NCBI RefSeq assembly: GCF_009914755.1
Contig: NC_060944.1
Source of the DNA: the human T2T-CHM13v2.0 reference genome, Homo sapiens
DNA: 64,000 bases
Direction: 5' to 3' (one strand)
The position numbers and the translations under genes were made by a program. A model generated the notes under the pieces. The model did no database searches, was not told the DNA's origin, and was given only the letters and a program-made list of their open reading frames with translations. Below, one piece after another: positions 26,590 through 39,788 of the stretch (position 1 is the stretch's first letter; each line of letters starts with the position of its first letter).

Positions 26590-26930
26590 CAGAGGCTAAA
26601 CTGGTGGAGGAAGACCAAATTTGACTTACAGTATGTTTATTCATCCTGCAAAGGGCTTATCAAAAAATATAATTTACTTGTAGTATTTACAAATTGGGAA
26701 GCAACATAGAAAATCCAGATTTCTAGCTTCCCTTGAATCTCAGAAGATCTAGAAATACTGGACCTCTATTCCTACAAGAAAATAACTGCCCAGGAATGAG
26801 TAAGGGCTGGCCCCTGTACACAGGACTTGTGGCCTCACAGTTTCCACTACTGTTGTTATATTCTGTTCAGTTTTATTCATTTTTGTCACCCGTCTGTCCC
26901 CTGAACTCACTAAAAGTTGCACCCTCTGCC
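26590..26930. mobile_element. MER102-like hAT element
   Basis: AAATCCAGATTTCTAGCTTCCCTTGAATCTCAGAAGATCTAG...TGAGTAAGGGCTGGCCCC. Confidence 0.65.
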
Positions 26931-27372
26931 TGACTTAGAACTTGGTCTCAAACTTCCCCAAATATAAGATTGTGCTAGTCTGTCTACACATCCTTCTGAT
27001 TCATCCTATAATTGTTCCTCTCTGCCATATATTTGGTCACAATCTATCCTATAAGAGTGGAAATCCATGTCTTTCCTTCCTCTTTCATCTCCACTTCCCT
27101 GAATTTATCTGAGCATTCAGGAGCCAGATTGTACCCACCATATTCAGAAAAGCTTCAGATTACTTTGGTCAATGTTGGGCTCTTCCTTTTCTGATCGTGG
27201 AATTTATTTTTCAGTGAAGAATTCTAGATCATATATGCAATGATATGCCATTTTGTTTTAGCATTTCTCTTCCTTGAAAGTGGAGATAGAGATGGTAATG
27301 TTGCAGAAAGTGTCAATTAACTCTACTAAGGGTACTAAAAAGGAGGTAAAACATGCTAACTTTTACCTAGAC

Positions 27373-27587
27373 CAGAGTTTCTCAACATCAAGACTGCTGA
27401 CATTTGAAACCAGATAATTCTTTGTCATGGGGGGCTGTCCTGTGCATTGCAGCACGTTTAGCAGCATCCTCAGCCTCTACCCACTAGATGCCAGTAGGAA
27501 GGCCCCCAGTTTTGACAACTAAAAATGTCCCCAGACATTGCAAAATGTTCCCTAGGTCACAAAACCACCCCTGGTTGAGAATCACTG
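27373..27587. mobile_element. MER20 hAT-Charlie MITE
   Basis: TIRs CAGAGTTTCTCAAC and GTTGAGAATCACTG; body GGGGCTGTCCTGTGCATTGCAG...CTCTACCCACTAGATGCCAGTAG...AAAATGTCCCCAGACATTGC. Confidence 0.9.
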
Positions 27588-29729
27588 GCCTATAGGAACT
27601 CAAAATCTCACTGAAGACATAAGAGTGACCAATAAGTAGTTAGAAAATCATGGCAGCAGACAATGGTTGTATCTGGGCATCACATTCATCCCATCTTCTT
27701 TCAGTGACAATTTTTCTGATTTCTTTAAAAGAAACTATCTTTTCTTCTTCTGGACATAGTCTGGAAAATTAATCAATGTGTCCTGATACTTATTCCCTTT
27801 CAGCTGAAGGGAAGACTCATTACCTAAGTCTGGGCCAACTAGGCACACTCTCCCTTGAATTTCTCTCAAGAGTGGCAAATAGGACTCAAGTTTGCTGAAA
27901 TTCATTCACTGCAGAAGGAGCGGTTGAATGAAACTGTCAAGCAGTCTCTGCAATCAACACCTTCTGGAACTAATTTCTGTTCTTTCTAGGTCTGGTTCCT
28001 TCAACTCTTTGAGCATTCATCAACCCTTCAGATAAAGTCCTTTTTTTAGTTATGTTAGTCAAAGTTGGTTTCCGATGCTTGCTACCAAAGAATCCTTACT
28101 GATGGAATTACTCATTCTACCTTAGTAAGATAGGAAATAAGAAAACAGAGAAGTCTGAACAGAATCTAAAACTTAATATATGAATATGCACACTTATATA
28201 AACAAATGCAAGTGCATTATGATCTCAATTAATATATCTCATTATATATATGTGTATCTAAACATGAAGATACATATGAAAACTTAAATGTCAAAAATAG
28301 TTATAATTGGGACATGACATTACAGATTATTTTTATAATATTTTCTATATTTTTAATTTATTAATTTTAATGTTTTCTTATACTTTATATACAAGTCTAT
28401 CCATTTTATCTTAAAAAACACTTTATGCATTTTTAAAAGAAACATCTAAAATGCCCATAGCTATTGTGTATGATATACGCTATTTCATGTTTTATCTGTC
28501 AAACATGTAGTGCTCTGCTAACAGCTGAACCTCATTTGAACAAAAAATGTATTTATTCTACTTATCTGAAATCAAGGTAACTCTCATAGATTTGAATGGC
28601 CCTCCTTTTTTCTCCACTTTTACCTACAACCTCTCACAATATGACCTCAAGACACTTCAATTTTAAGGTCAGATAGATGCACTAATTAATACAGCATTTT
28701 TACTAATTACTGGGAGTTTATAGCTATAACCCTTAATAACTTGGAATATTTGCTATGTTCTAATCAGTTAAGTGAAATTGGAAAAAGCCTTGATAACAAA
28801 AGCAAATGAAAAAGGACCACATTGGGAGACAGATATATAATTAACAAGCCCCTTTATCTAAACTTTCATTAAAGACAAACAAATGTTGAGATGTAAAAGG
28901 CATAGCTTTTAATTAAAGTGTAGCTTCCTTTCAAGACCTGCTTTGCCTTGGGCAAACATTTGTCAACATATGTCCCAAACCATCACTGCTTCCCAGTTTG
29001 GATAGTTGATATTTTAGCTCATTCTCAAGTCACTCAAAGTAATAAATTAAATTATAAATGCAACAACAATAATGAATTAAGCTGAGAAGTGCAGTATAAT
29101 ACTTTGTCACTAAAAAAAAAAAATGTCTCTTTGGAGATATAGGATATTTAAATATTCACTGTGTGAGATAACTTCTTTATTTCCACACTTATCCCCTCAC
29201 AGACTTCCTTCAATATCAAGGACAAATATTCTCTAACAGTTTTAATTATTTGCTTTCAAGACCAGGAGAAGAAATACCTAACTCTTCTATTTAAAAAAAA
29301 AAAAAAGTTTTATGAACCACAAAATCAGATTAAGATGGAAAAAAAAATGTGCAAATTAGCCCTGCCGAAAACATGTAGCCAGGCTGCAGAGAAAGAGGGC
29401 AATAGGGTTTCTGGATTTCCCCCAGTATCGCTTCCACTTCTTACATCAGTGCAAATATCCCGGCTGCTCTCACCTGCCTTTGCTCTGTCTGGGTGAGCCT
29501 CCACTGGTGCCCCTCAGTTGGCTTCATTTCCACCTGATGTTGGCGCATTTCCAGTAAGTCCCCGTTGGTTAAGCATTAACATTCTGTTTGTATGCAGCAG
29601 GCCCTGTCTGTGTCAGCCTTTATCACACTTTCATATTATCTTCCCTCCCCAAACCGTGCAATACTGTCATTCAACTGTATAACCAGAGAACACAGCAGGG
29701 CAACCCTGCAATCTGTTGGGAGGTAGTAA

Positions 29730-29975
29730 ATACAGGGTACCACTTAAGAGGATGTGGAGTCAGACAGACCAGGTTCAAATACCGACTGTGTTTCTTATTA
29801 GCTAAATGACCTTGGCGAAATTACCTATTTTCTCCGCCTTTGTTATTTTCTCTGTAAGAAGGAGGGTAATGATACCACCTTTTTGGGAGCATAGTGAGGA
29901 TTAATCAAAGGGAGTGAACGCATATATGAACTGCCTAGCACAGTGCCCAGCACACAGTGAACACTCAGCAACCGG
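29730..29975 (+). mobile_element. MIR SINE
   Basis: TGGAGTCAGACAGACCAGGTTCAAATACC...TGACCTTGG...AGCACAGTGCCCAGCACACAGT. Confidence 0.75.
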
Positions 29976-30533
29976 CAGCTTTCCTGATTTCCCATTTATA
30001 TATTGAGGGCAAGTGTTGTACCTAGACAGACATCTGCCTACGTGATATGATGTGAGGATTACCAAGTGCGCCTATCTCTGAAATTCTGGAATCTATCTCA
30101 GGACCTCAAATACCCACTGTTTAAGTCACCAGAAACTTTTCTAATAGCAGGAGACTCCTATATAAACACAAAAATATGAACTAGGAAGAAGCTCACATTA
30201 AGTCATTTTCACTCATTAACAGCAATTACTTTATCAAATTCGCTATCCCAGTCAACTAGCACATTCTTGTTTCAACTCAGCAAACTCATGCTGAACCCTT
30301 ACTAGTGCAAGAGAGTGTGCTAAAAGCTGAGGAGAAAACAGTTAAGTAAGAGTTGATCCCTGGTTTCAAGGGACTCACAAATGAATGGCAATGACAGATG
30401 TGCATGGATGTACACACAAAATGTAAGGAACACCATTAGATAGGAAATTGTTGTGCACACATGCTTTTATGGTAAGAAGGTAGAAATTCCTTTCTACATA
30501 AAAGAAACCATACTTGAGCTGCAGCACTTGTTA

Positions 30534-30660
30534 ATCCATCTGTCCATCCCATTCATTCTATCCATCTATCCATCCATCCATTTATCCATCCATCCATCTA
30601 TCTCATTCATCTATCCATCTATCCATTCATCCATCTGTCCATCCATCCATCCATCCATCC
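30534..30660. repeat. (ATCC)n microsatellite at an L2 tail
   Basis: Degenerate CCAT/CTAT/TCAT tandem array. Confidence 0.9.
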
Positions 30661-31630
30661 AACAGATATGTATTGATGCCAATGAGGTACAAGCATATGT
30701 TAGGCACTCAGTTAATTAAAATAGTGAATAAAAAAGATATTAACACTGTCTGCATGAAACTCCTAGTCCAATATGGTGACAAACACACAATTGGGTATAG
30801 AATTATAATTTGGAAGAGGAGATAGCAAAGAAAACGAGTATGTTTTATGATAAAGAATAAAAGCAGGCCAGGCACAGTGGCTCATGCCTGTAATCCCAGC
30901 ACTTTGGGAGGCCGGGGTGGGCAGATCACCTGAGGTCAGGAGTTTGAGACCAGCCTGGCCAACATGGCAAAACCCCATCTCTACTAAAAATACAAAAATT
31001 AGCCAGGCATGATGGCGTGTGCCTGTAATCCCAGCTACTCAGGACGCTGAGGCAGGAGAATCGCTTGAACCTAGGAGGTAGAGGTTATAGTGAGCCGAGA
31101 TGGTGCCATCGCACTCCAGCCTGGGCAACAGAGTGAAACTCTCTCTCAAAAAAAAAGAAAACAAAAAAGAATAAAAGCAGAAAGCATAAGGATTTCAAAG
31201 AAATCCTGTGGAAGAGGAACCATTTAAAAGGAGATCTGGAGGAGGCCCAAGGGTTGTCCATGTGATAACAGAGGGAAAAATAATTAGGGAGAAGAAATAG
31301 GGGCAAGAAAACAATATGGCACTGATCAAAGACTTGGAAAGATGCCCCATTGTGGCTAGAAATTGATGAGTAAGGAAAAGTGGCTGGAGTTGAGATTGTT
31401 CAAGTGGGCAGATCAGATACAGCCTTGAAGGCCTTGCTAAGACATTGGGATTGTACTTTCTCCCACAGAATAGAAGGCCACTGCAGAGTTTGAAGTAGAG
31501 GGTGTGACTGATGTTATTTAGTTTGCATTTTAACAGTTTTTCTTTCTGCTGTGACAAGAATGGATTAGAGGTAGATATAATTTATGGAAAGCAAATACAC
31601 TGCAGTCATCCATGATAAGAGATGAAATCA
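30661..31630 (-). mobile_element. L2 fragments interrupted by an Alu
   Basis: CAACAGATATGTATTGATGCC...GTTAGGCACT (antisense L2 3' end) and GAAGGCCACTGCAGAGTTTGAAGTAGAGGGTGTGAC...TTTGCATTTT. Confidence 0.55.
30866..31165 (+). mobile_element. AluSx/Sz-type
   Basis: GATCACCTGAGGTCAGGAGTTTGAGACCAGCCTGGCCAACATGG. TSD AAAGAATAAAAGCAG at 30852-30866 and 31166-31180. Confidence 0.95.
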
Positions 31631-31883
31631 AGCATAGGAAAGCCTCATTTATCCCATCTGCAAAATGGGGAAAATACCTGCAAATAGGGTTGTTTGTGAA
31701 GAGAAACTAAGTTACTACACATAAAGTGTTTAGAACAGTGCCTAGCGTATAAAACAGATTCAGACTGCTAGCTATTATAGTCATATATTACTATGGTCAT
31801 GATTATGTGGATTAACAAATGAGAATTAATCTGTTACAATCAGGTACAAGAAGTATCACTGCCCAGTTAAGTAATTTGCCCAA

Positions 31884-32792
31884 CTAAGGACATGAATAGA
31901 CATTTCTCAAAAGAAGACATACAAACAGCCAACAAACATGAAAAAATGGTCAACATCACTAATCACCAGAAACATACAAATTAAAACCACTAGGAGATAC
32001 TACCTTACTCCTGTAAGAATGCCCCTAATTAAAAAGTCTAGAAACAGTAGATGGTGTGGATGAGGTGAAAAGGGAACATTTTTACGCTGCTGGTGGGAAT
32101 GTAAATTAGTACAACCACTATGGAAAACAGTATGGAGATTTCTTAAAGAACTAAAAGTAGATCTACCACTAGATCCAGTAATCCCATTACTGGGTATCTA
32201 CCCAAAGGAAAATAAGTCTTTCTATGAAAAAGACACAAGTACATGCATGTTTCTAGCAGCACGATTCACAATTGCAAAGATACACAACCAACCTAAGTGC
32301 TCATTGACTAGCAGGTGGATAAAGAAAATATGGTTATCTATATACCATGGAATACTACTCAGCCAGAAAAAGGAATAAAATAACGTCTTTCACAGTAACT
32401 TTGATGGAGTTGGAGGCCGTTACTCTAAGTGAAGTAACTCAGGAATGGAAAACCAAATATTGTATGTTCTCACTAGGAGCTAAGCTATGAGTAGGAACTA
32501 AGTTATGAGGAGATAAGCTACAAGTAGGAGCTAAACTATGAAGAAGCAAATAGTAGGAGCTAAGCTATGAGGAAGCAAAGGTATACAGTGAGTGATACAG
32601 TGGACTTTGGAATTTGGTAGGAGGAGGTTGGGAAGGGGTGAGGAATAAAAGACTACATATTGGCTACAGTGTACACTGCTCGGGTGATGGGTGCACTAAA
32701 ATCTCAGAATTCCCCACTATAGATATCATCCATGTAACCAAAAACCACCTCTACCCCAAAAACTGAAATAAAAAATAATAATTCAAAAAAAA
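31884..32792 (+). mobile_element. L1PB-type 3' fragment inserted into a minus-strand MIR
   Basis: GACATGAATAGACATTTCTCAAAAGAAGACATAC... and 3' UTR GATAAAAGACTACA-like...GTACACTGCTCGGGTGATGGGTGCAC. MIR sequence GTTAAGTAATTTGCCCAA precedes it and AGTGGCA...TCTGGCTCCAGAGC follows it. Confidence 0.85.
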
Positions 32793-35021
32793 TCAAGTTA
32801 GTGGCAAGACAGCTTAAACACAAGCAATCTGGCTCCAGAGCTCGGCTCTTAACTGTACTATTGACCCTCTGATGCACACATTAACTTGTGCTGTATAGGC
32901 TTTTGTCATAGGATTTTAAAATTTAACAGTATATTAAAACATTTTTTCATTTCCATAAAAATAATCTATAACATTTTTAATATACGCAGCTTAATTTATT
33001 TAACTGTATGCAGAGCATAGAGATTGGTTCCAGGCTGTCTGATGTTATAAATAAGTCTATGATGAACATCTCATTATCTTTTTTTGACCCGCAATGATGA
33101 TACTTTTCAAGAGCTATTTCTTAGGAGAGAGATTATTGGTCAATACGCGTGAATATTTTAAGAATTTTGCCATGTGATTCTAAGTTATTCTCCAGAAATG
33201 TCTCACTAGTGTCTACTATTACAAACTTTTCTACTGATTCTTCTCTCTGGTCACAGATTCAGCCACGAAGCACCATTGTGGCTACTCCCAGGACCATATC
33301 AGTAATGCCTCTGAATGACTTCACCCTCTTTCTTTCTGTTTCACTCATGGGTTTTTGTGGCAGAGGTGCTTCAGAGTGGAAACCCTTAGACCTCAGCAGA
33401 TAGAGAGGCACTAAGAGAGGAGCTAAGGAACATACAGGAAGATCCAGAGAAAAAGGGCAGCTTTTCTCCCAACCTGCTCTGTGTAGACTTGCTGCCTGTC
33501 ATCTGGTTTGTCCTTAAAAGCAGCCAGTTTTCTTTGGCTGGTGAGTAGAAGTCGTCAGAAAGATTCAAAGTGGATCAGAGATTTAAAGAGATCTCAGCCC
33601 TTGGCTAAAGATGGCTTTGTATTTGTACTTTTCTGCAAAGCTTGTTACCCTAAACAAACTCACTCTGTGAGTAATAAACTCAGAGAACATGGATATCGAA
33701 TAGACATTAGTGGTATCAGTCTTATACCCCTACTCTATCCTTGGTGGAGGCGGAGTGTGGCTTTCCATTTTCATCCCTCAATTTTTGTCTTTTAACCTCT
33801 TTGATGTATGTCTGAAAAATGGCTGACCCAAAACACTAGTTCTAGAATCACTGTGACTAAATACTCTTGGATTTGAATACTTACAGGTTTCAGAATTTTT
33901 CATCTACTCTCCTGTACTTTACTAGGAACTTTTTTTTTCCTTTTTAATGGCAAAAATAATGTTTTATCTACTTTTGACTATTTTCTTTCTGTCTGAATCC
34001 TAGTTTCTCAGAAGTAATCAAATAGGAATAGCTCTTCAAATTTTCTAGTACCTCCCTCAAAAGCCCTCAGGCATTATTTCAGAGAAAAAAATAAAAACCA
34101 ATGCTCTCTCATGAGTCAGAGTGTCACCCAGTGCTTAGGAGTTCTTTGGAATTTCTGTTCAGGTTCTCTAAGTTATTCAAATGACAATAATGAATTTCTA
34201 AAGAAGGGAAAGTTTTTACTGATTTTTAAGTAAACAAATAAATGTATCCCATCTGTCTATAAGAGTTACTTTCAGCCACGTTTTTTTTCCTCTTAGAAGG
34301 ACAGGATATGCCCCTGCTCCCCCCGCGCCCCTGCCAAAAAAAATTACCAGCAAACTTTTAAAGAAGATGGCTTTTATTTAATTTTGCAAATCAAGGGAAA
34401 TTGCTGAGCATTTCCAAATTGAGGCTGGATTTCTTGTTCTCTAATTTAGTTTTGGCATTTGGAATATTGGTAAAAACAACATTATTGGAGTTGTGTTTGT
34501 ATTGTGCATATTAGTGTAAGGGAATGAATGTGGGCTAAGGAAACAAAGATGATGAGGGAGCTGGATTCGCAAATAAATGTCATGGATGCAATCACAATAC
34601 TTAACGTCCAAAGCATAAACTTCCAAATTTACAATAAAAGGAAAAAATACCCGCCACATAAAATTTCTACAGATTAAGCCAGCACTTTACGTGTGTGTAT
34701 GTAAATATATGTATGCATGCATATCACATGCATTTCATGAAACATGTAAGTATTAAATAATTTGGACTTCAAAGTAAAATAGCATCATCAACCCAAATCT
34801 ATAGTCTCCCCTCGCTGCAAAAGAAGTAATCAACAGAGTAAAAAAATTCAAAAACAGCCTATAGTAGACTTAGAAAATAGAATATCATCTATGTGCTAGA
34901 AACTTTAAGGAATTTCTACCCACAATTGCACAGTTCTAATCAGTTTGAAAAAGGAAGAAAGTGGTGACTTAATTCCCAAATCTACATAGGAGTTTTATGG
35001 ATTTTAACGTGGTGGAGTCTG

Positions 35022-35454
35022 TCTCACGCGCATCCATGTGAAGAGACCACCAAACAGGCTTTGTGTGAGCAACAAGGCTGTTTATTTCACCTGGGTGCAT
35101 GCGGGCTGAGTCCGAAAAGAGAGTCAGCAAAGGATGGTGGGACTATCATTAGTTCTTATGGGTTTGGGGATGGGCGGTGGAGTCAGGAGCAATGTTTTGC
35201 GGGCAGGGGGTGGATATCACAAAGTACATTCTCAAGGGTGGGGAGAATTACCAAGAACCTTCTTAAGGGTGGGGGAGATTACAAAGTACATTGATCAGTT
35301 AGGGTTGGGCAGAAACAAATCACAATGGTGGAATGTCATCAGTTAAGGCTATTTTCACTTCTTTTGTGGATCTTCAGTTGCTTCAGGCCATCTGGATGTA
35401 TACGTGCAGGTCACAGGGGATAAGATGGCTTAGTTTGGGCTCAGAGGCCTGACA
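35022..35454 (-). mobile_element. HERV-H solo LTR (LTR7B)
   Basis: Minus strand begins TGTCAGGCCTCTGAGCCCAAACTAAGCCATC and carries the LTR7B-type CCCACCCTTAAGAAGGTTC/CCCACCCTTGAGAATGTACTTTG repeats and an AATAAA. Perfect 5-bp TSD GTCTG at 35017-35021 and 35455-35459. Confidence 0.93.
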
Positions 35455-35538
35455 GTCTGACCTTACACAACTCCCCAGGATCACACTTTATTCCAAGGAG
35501 TGACAGCAGGTCATGAGGCTGAAGGTTTCAATCAGCAT

Positions 35539-35660
35539 TGGGCTGCCATATCAGATATTAAAAGCATGACAAACATATACTAAAGAAAATTCATTGTGTA
35601 TCAGAAATTCAAATTTAACTGTGTGTCCTGTATTTTTATTTGCTAAATTCAGCAACCCTA
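35539..35660. mobile_element. MER53-like hAT MITE
   Basis: CAGAAATTCAAATTTAACTGTGTGTCCTGTATTTTTATTTGCTAAATTCAGCAACCCTA. Confidence 0.65.
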
Positions 35661-36171
35661 AACCAGCATAACACAGAAGATACAGAAGTTCCCCTTCTGT
35701 AAAAGTAGAAAACTACAACCAGCCATAAACCAAGTGCCAACAGATAAAAATGGTTAGGACTATGAAAAGATCCTGCAAATCATCAAAAAGAGATCAATCT
35801 CTGATACTATCAAACAAGTAGGAAAGGATTTTAGAGACTCTTTAATTTATGGTTTCAAAAGACCCTATAGCACACTCCATTTTATAAAACTAGAAGCAGC
35901 TGGTACAAAGAAAAATCAAAATACGCGGCCTAGTGTAGAATTACCAAACAGGTAAAGTAAATATGTGAAAATTTCTACTTTGTTTAAAATAAAAACCCAC
36001 AGGTGTGTGCATATATTAAAAACGTGGCAGTGTATCAGTGTTCCTGGCTGCAAGTAATAAAAATTGACTGGCTGATCACTGTAGACAAAGAATCTACAAA
36101 AAGCCTATTGAGAAGCTCAGGAAATCTTGAAGAGGGTTGCTGGAATAGGGCTTAGAAAATTAGCAAGACAT

Positions 36172-36498
<327 letters not shown>

Positions 36499-38069
36499 TT
36501 AGCAAGACAAAATGGAAGAGGCAGGAACAAGAGGCCCGCTCAAATCATGCCACATCATCAATCAGCCTCAAAACAGTGAGCACCAAAGGTGGCCACACCA
36601 GCAACAGTCACTGCAGCTCTGAGCTCCAGGCCCCAACAGGTGCACCTCCACCAAAGGGCCACCTCTCGTGTTCCTGGAACTACCATGTTGCTTTGCTGCT
36701 GCTGCTGCTGGTTCTGTCACCAGAACTCTCTGCAGTCCCTGGTCCTTCCAATCTCTACTCCCAATTCAAACTGGGAAGGCTTCATCCCATTAGGCTAGCC
36801 AGGGTCATGGCTCCACAATCCAGCTGTAAAAGTGAGTAGAAAAGCCAAAATTTGGCAATTGAACTCTTCAATATATATTATATTATATATGCAAATATAT
36901 AATTATATGGTTTTATATTATAATTATATAATTAGTTTTTTTAAAGATTACTTTAAAAAACTTCAAATGTCTCTTACAAACCTAATGATAATTATTTCTT
37001 TCCATTTAATGTTTTATATCCTTTTGGTAGTAATGAAACATTGTTCACAGTTTTATTTTTCATCAGGATATTAAAATATTTTTTCTGCTCATAAATTTTT
37101 TTCAAATGTGTCAAGGAAAATTCCCTCAAGAAGTAGCTGTGCACAGCAGAACTCAACATATTAGAAAATATTACTGATTTCTCTTAGACAAGCTGCTTAA
37201 GAGGGAGTGAATGATGTCTCTTCCTCACATAACATTGTACTTGGTACAGTAAAGGTGCAAGGCTGGCAAGTAGAGGCTCCATCCATTATTGTCTCTGTAG
37301 TACATATACCGTAGGAGAATGAGAGCCATCAGGATAAAATGTGGCGTGCAGCCCATGTAAATCAACCAAGGTGAGTGAAAACGCTGGAGACATTTGTATT
37401 TGTTTTGCTGGTGGTGTGCTCCCCGCATCAGCCCAGAACTCATTATGGTCTTACTTATACAGCTACAGAGATTTCATTCAATGTGTATGGCAATATCATA
37501 TTATGTCTTTAAAGAAGGAGGAAAGTATTAGCTAAAGCACAAACAGGTACTGTTTGCATTAACTTGAGAAAGATAATCATTTGCAAGGAACATTTTTAAA
37601 AAACAAAACCCAGATCCTTTCATAAGAACCACCCTTCTGTGAAGCTTTGGACTGAGAAATCTGAGCTTGTAATCAGAGGCAGTTGCAGAGCTTGGGAGGC
37701 GTACCTGAAAGTCAAAGGTGAGGCAAGTTCCATTTATCTTGCAATGTCGCATCGGTCTCCCTATAGAACCTCATCATCATGCTCTGCCCTTGTCATGTTC
37801 CTTTTCATTTGCAGACACTTGGAAGCAGCCCTAACCTTATTATATCCATTATTAGTTACTAGCTACGGATAATTCAATTTTTCAGTTCATCTGCCATTGC
37901 TTAGAAAACATCACATCATTAGTATTTCTGTTTAGTTGCCACGTCTTGGTAGTCAGCACACATAAGCAACCCTGTGTGGCCAGGTTCTCATGCTTAATCT
38001 CTTCTGTCATTTGTTAGTTCACACACTGGTTATCACACATTCTCTGGCTGGCACCTACACATAGCAGCG

Positions 38070-38270
38070 GGTGAGAGCAGAGACTGAAGCCAGAACACCT
38101 GGTTTCAAATCACGCCTACATGGCCAACCAGCTAGGTGAGCTTGAGCAAGTCTCTGCACTTCTCAGAGCTCGAGATAAACGTCTACAAAAGGGTAATGAT
38201 AAACATGTCTCAAAATGCTGTCACTAGGGATAAATAATGTAATAATTTGTAGATGCTTATTATGCTTAAC
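38070..38270 (+). mobile_element. MIR SINE
   Basis: GAAGCCAGAACACCTGGTTTCAAATC...GAGCTTGAGCAAGTC...TCTACAAAAGGGTAATGATAA. Confidence 0.55.
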
Positions 38271-38288
38271 GTATAAATGATATATATG

Positions 38289-38626
38289 CAGTTGTCCCTC
38301 GGTACCCACAAGGGACTGGTTCCAGGACCTACCACAGATTTGAAAATCTGCAAATACTGCAGTCCCTGATATAAAGTGGCATAGTATTTGCATATAACTT
38401 ATGCACATCTGCCCATACACTTTAAATCATCTCTAAGTTACTTATAATACCTAATGCAGTACAATGTAAATGCTAGGTAAATCGCTGTTATAGTGCATTA
38501 TTTAGGGAATGACAAGATTTAAAAGTTTGTACATGTTCGGTACAGAAGTAATTTTTTCTAAATATTTTTGATCTACACTTAGTTGAATCCACAGAGGCAA
38601 AACCCTCCAATATGGAGGGCTGACCA
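38289..38626. mobile_element. MER2 (TcMar-Tigger MITE)
   Basis: TIRs CAGTTGTCCCTCGGTA and TATGGAGGGCTGAC; body GGCATAGTATTTGCATATAAC...CTTTAAATCATCTCTA...CTTATAATACCTAAT. Confidence 0.88.
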
Positions 38627-39652
38627 AATATGTATATATATGGACTTATAAGATGAATGTATATACTTTACAGAGAGGATTTTCTCTTAAGTATAAGGAA
38701 TTTATTTCTTCTGCAAGAATCCAGTTCTAAAGTCTTAACTAGTCATAATTACTCTTGAAAAATCCCCTGGGTCACTCATAGAGAACACAATTTTAATAAC
38801 TCTTGAGAAGTCTGAACTACCAATTTTTTCTCCACTGTTAAACTAGATCTTTGTTTCATTGACCGAGTGCCAGATATAGTGGCTGCCTCACAAATATTAG
38901 CACCAGTCAGAATGACAGGAACCTCCACAGGCATGGAGAACCCGACAATGCCAGGCAAAGCGAATTCAAATCCTCCATCTCATGCTAAGGCAGATGTCAT
39001 GTTCTAAAATTCTCTGTCTCTGTCTTCATCCTTCTTCTCTCCCCCAGGGATAAGTTTTAGTTGAGTGGATATGGTATAGTTTCCATAATTCAAATTTAAA
39101 GATTTAAAGAAGAAATGTGTTTGCCACAACAATGGTTCAAAGGCTGTGTGCTTATGTTTTAGTTTGGACTCTTGCTTAAGGATGTCTCTTGCATATGAGA
39201 GGTTCTGTACCAGTGGATCTCAAAGATTAGCATGCAGCCAGTCACCTGAAAAGTCTATTTAAAATGCAGATTTCAGGCCTCCCTCACCCCCCCAGAGAGT
39301 AGATTCAGTATATCTGGGGCTGGCCCTGTGGTGATGGATGGCCACTGGAAAATGCTAGGTCAGAGTCATGAAGTTCTCAGCATGTATCAGGGCCTAATTC
39401 AGGTCCATTTCGCACATCTGAAAAATCAAAGGGAATTATCTGTCACTAAAATTTAACAGCAACTGCCTTAAATGACTGGAGAGACTTCCATGAAAACAAT
39501 TGAACACAGCAACCATAGGAAGTTAAACACAATACCAATAAATACATTTGCTGATAGTCTTTCACATTGTCCAGTAATAGTCTAAACTCTGGGTCTTAAT
39601 TCCTAATGTGAATGTTCTAGTATTTAAAAGAATGGTACTTGGAAGTTAGAAA

Positions 39653-39788
39653 AGGAGAGGAGAGAGGAGAGGAGAAGAGGAGGAGAGGAGAGGAGAGGAA
39701 AGGAGAGGGGAGGAGAGGAGCGGAGAGGAGAGGAGCAGAGAGGAGAGGAGGGGAGAAGAGGGGAGGGGAGGTGAGGGGAGAGAGGAGA
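39653..39788. repeat. (GGAGA)n polypurine repeat
   Basis: About 135 bp of almost pure purine in GAGGA/GGAGA units. Confidence 0.95.

Noticed and set aside
32474-32580. CRISPR-like repeat array
   Set aside because: The copies are mostly adjacent and degenerate with no unique regular spacers, lie inside an L1, and the context is eukaryotic with no cas genes.
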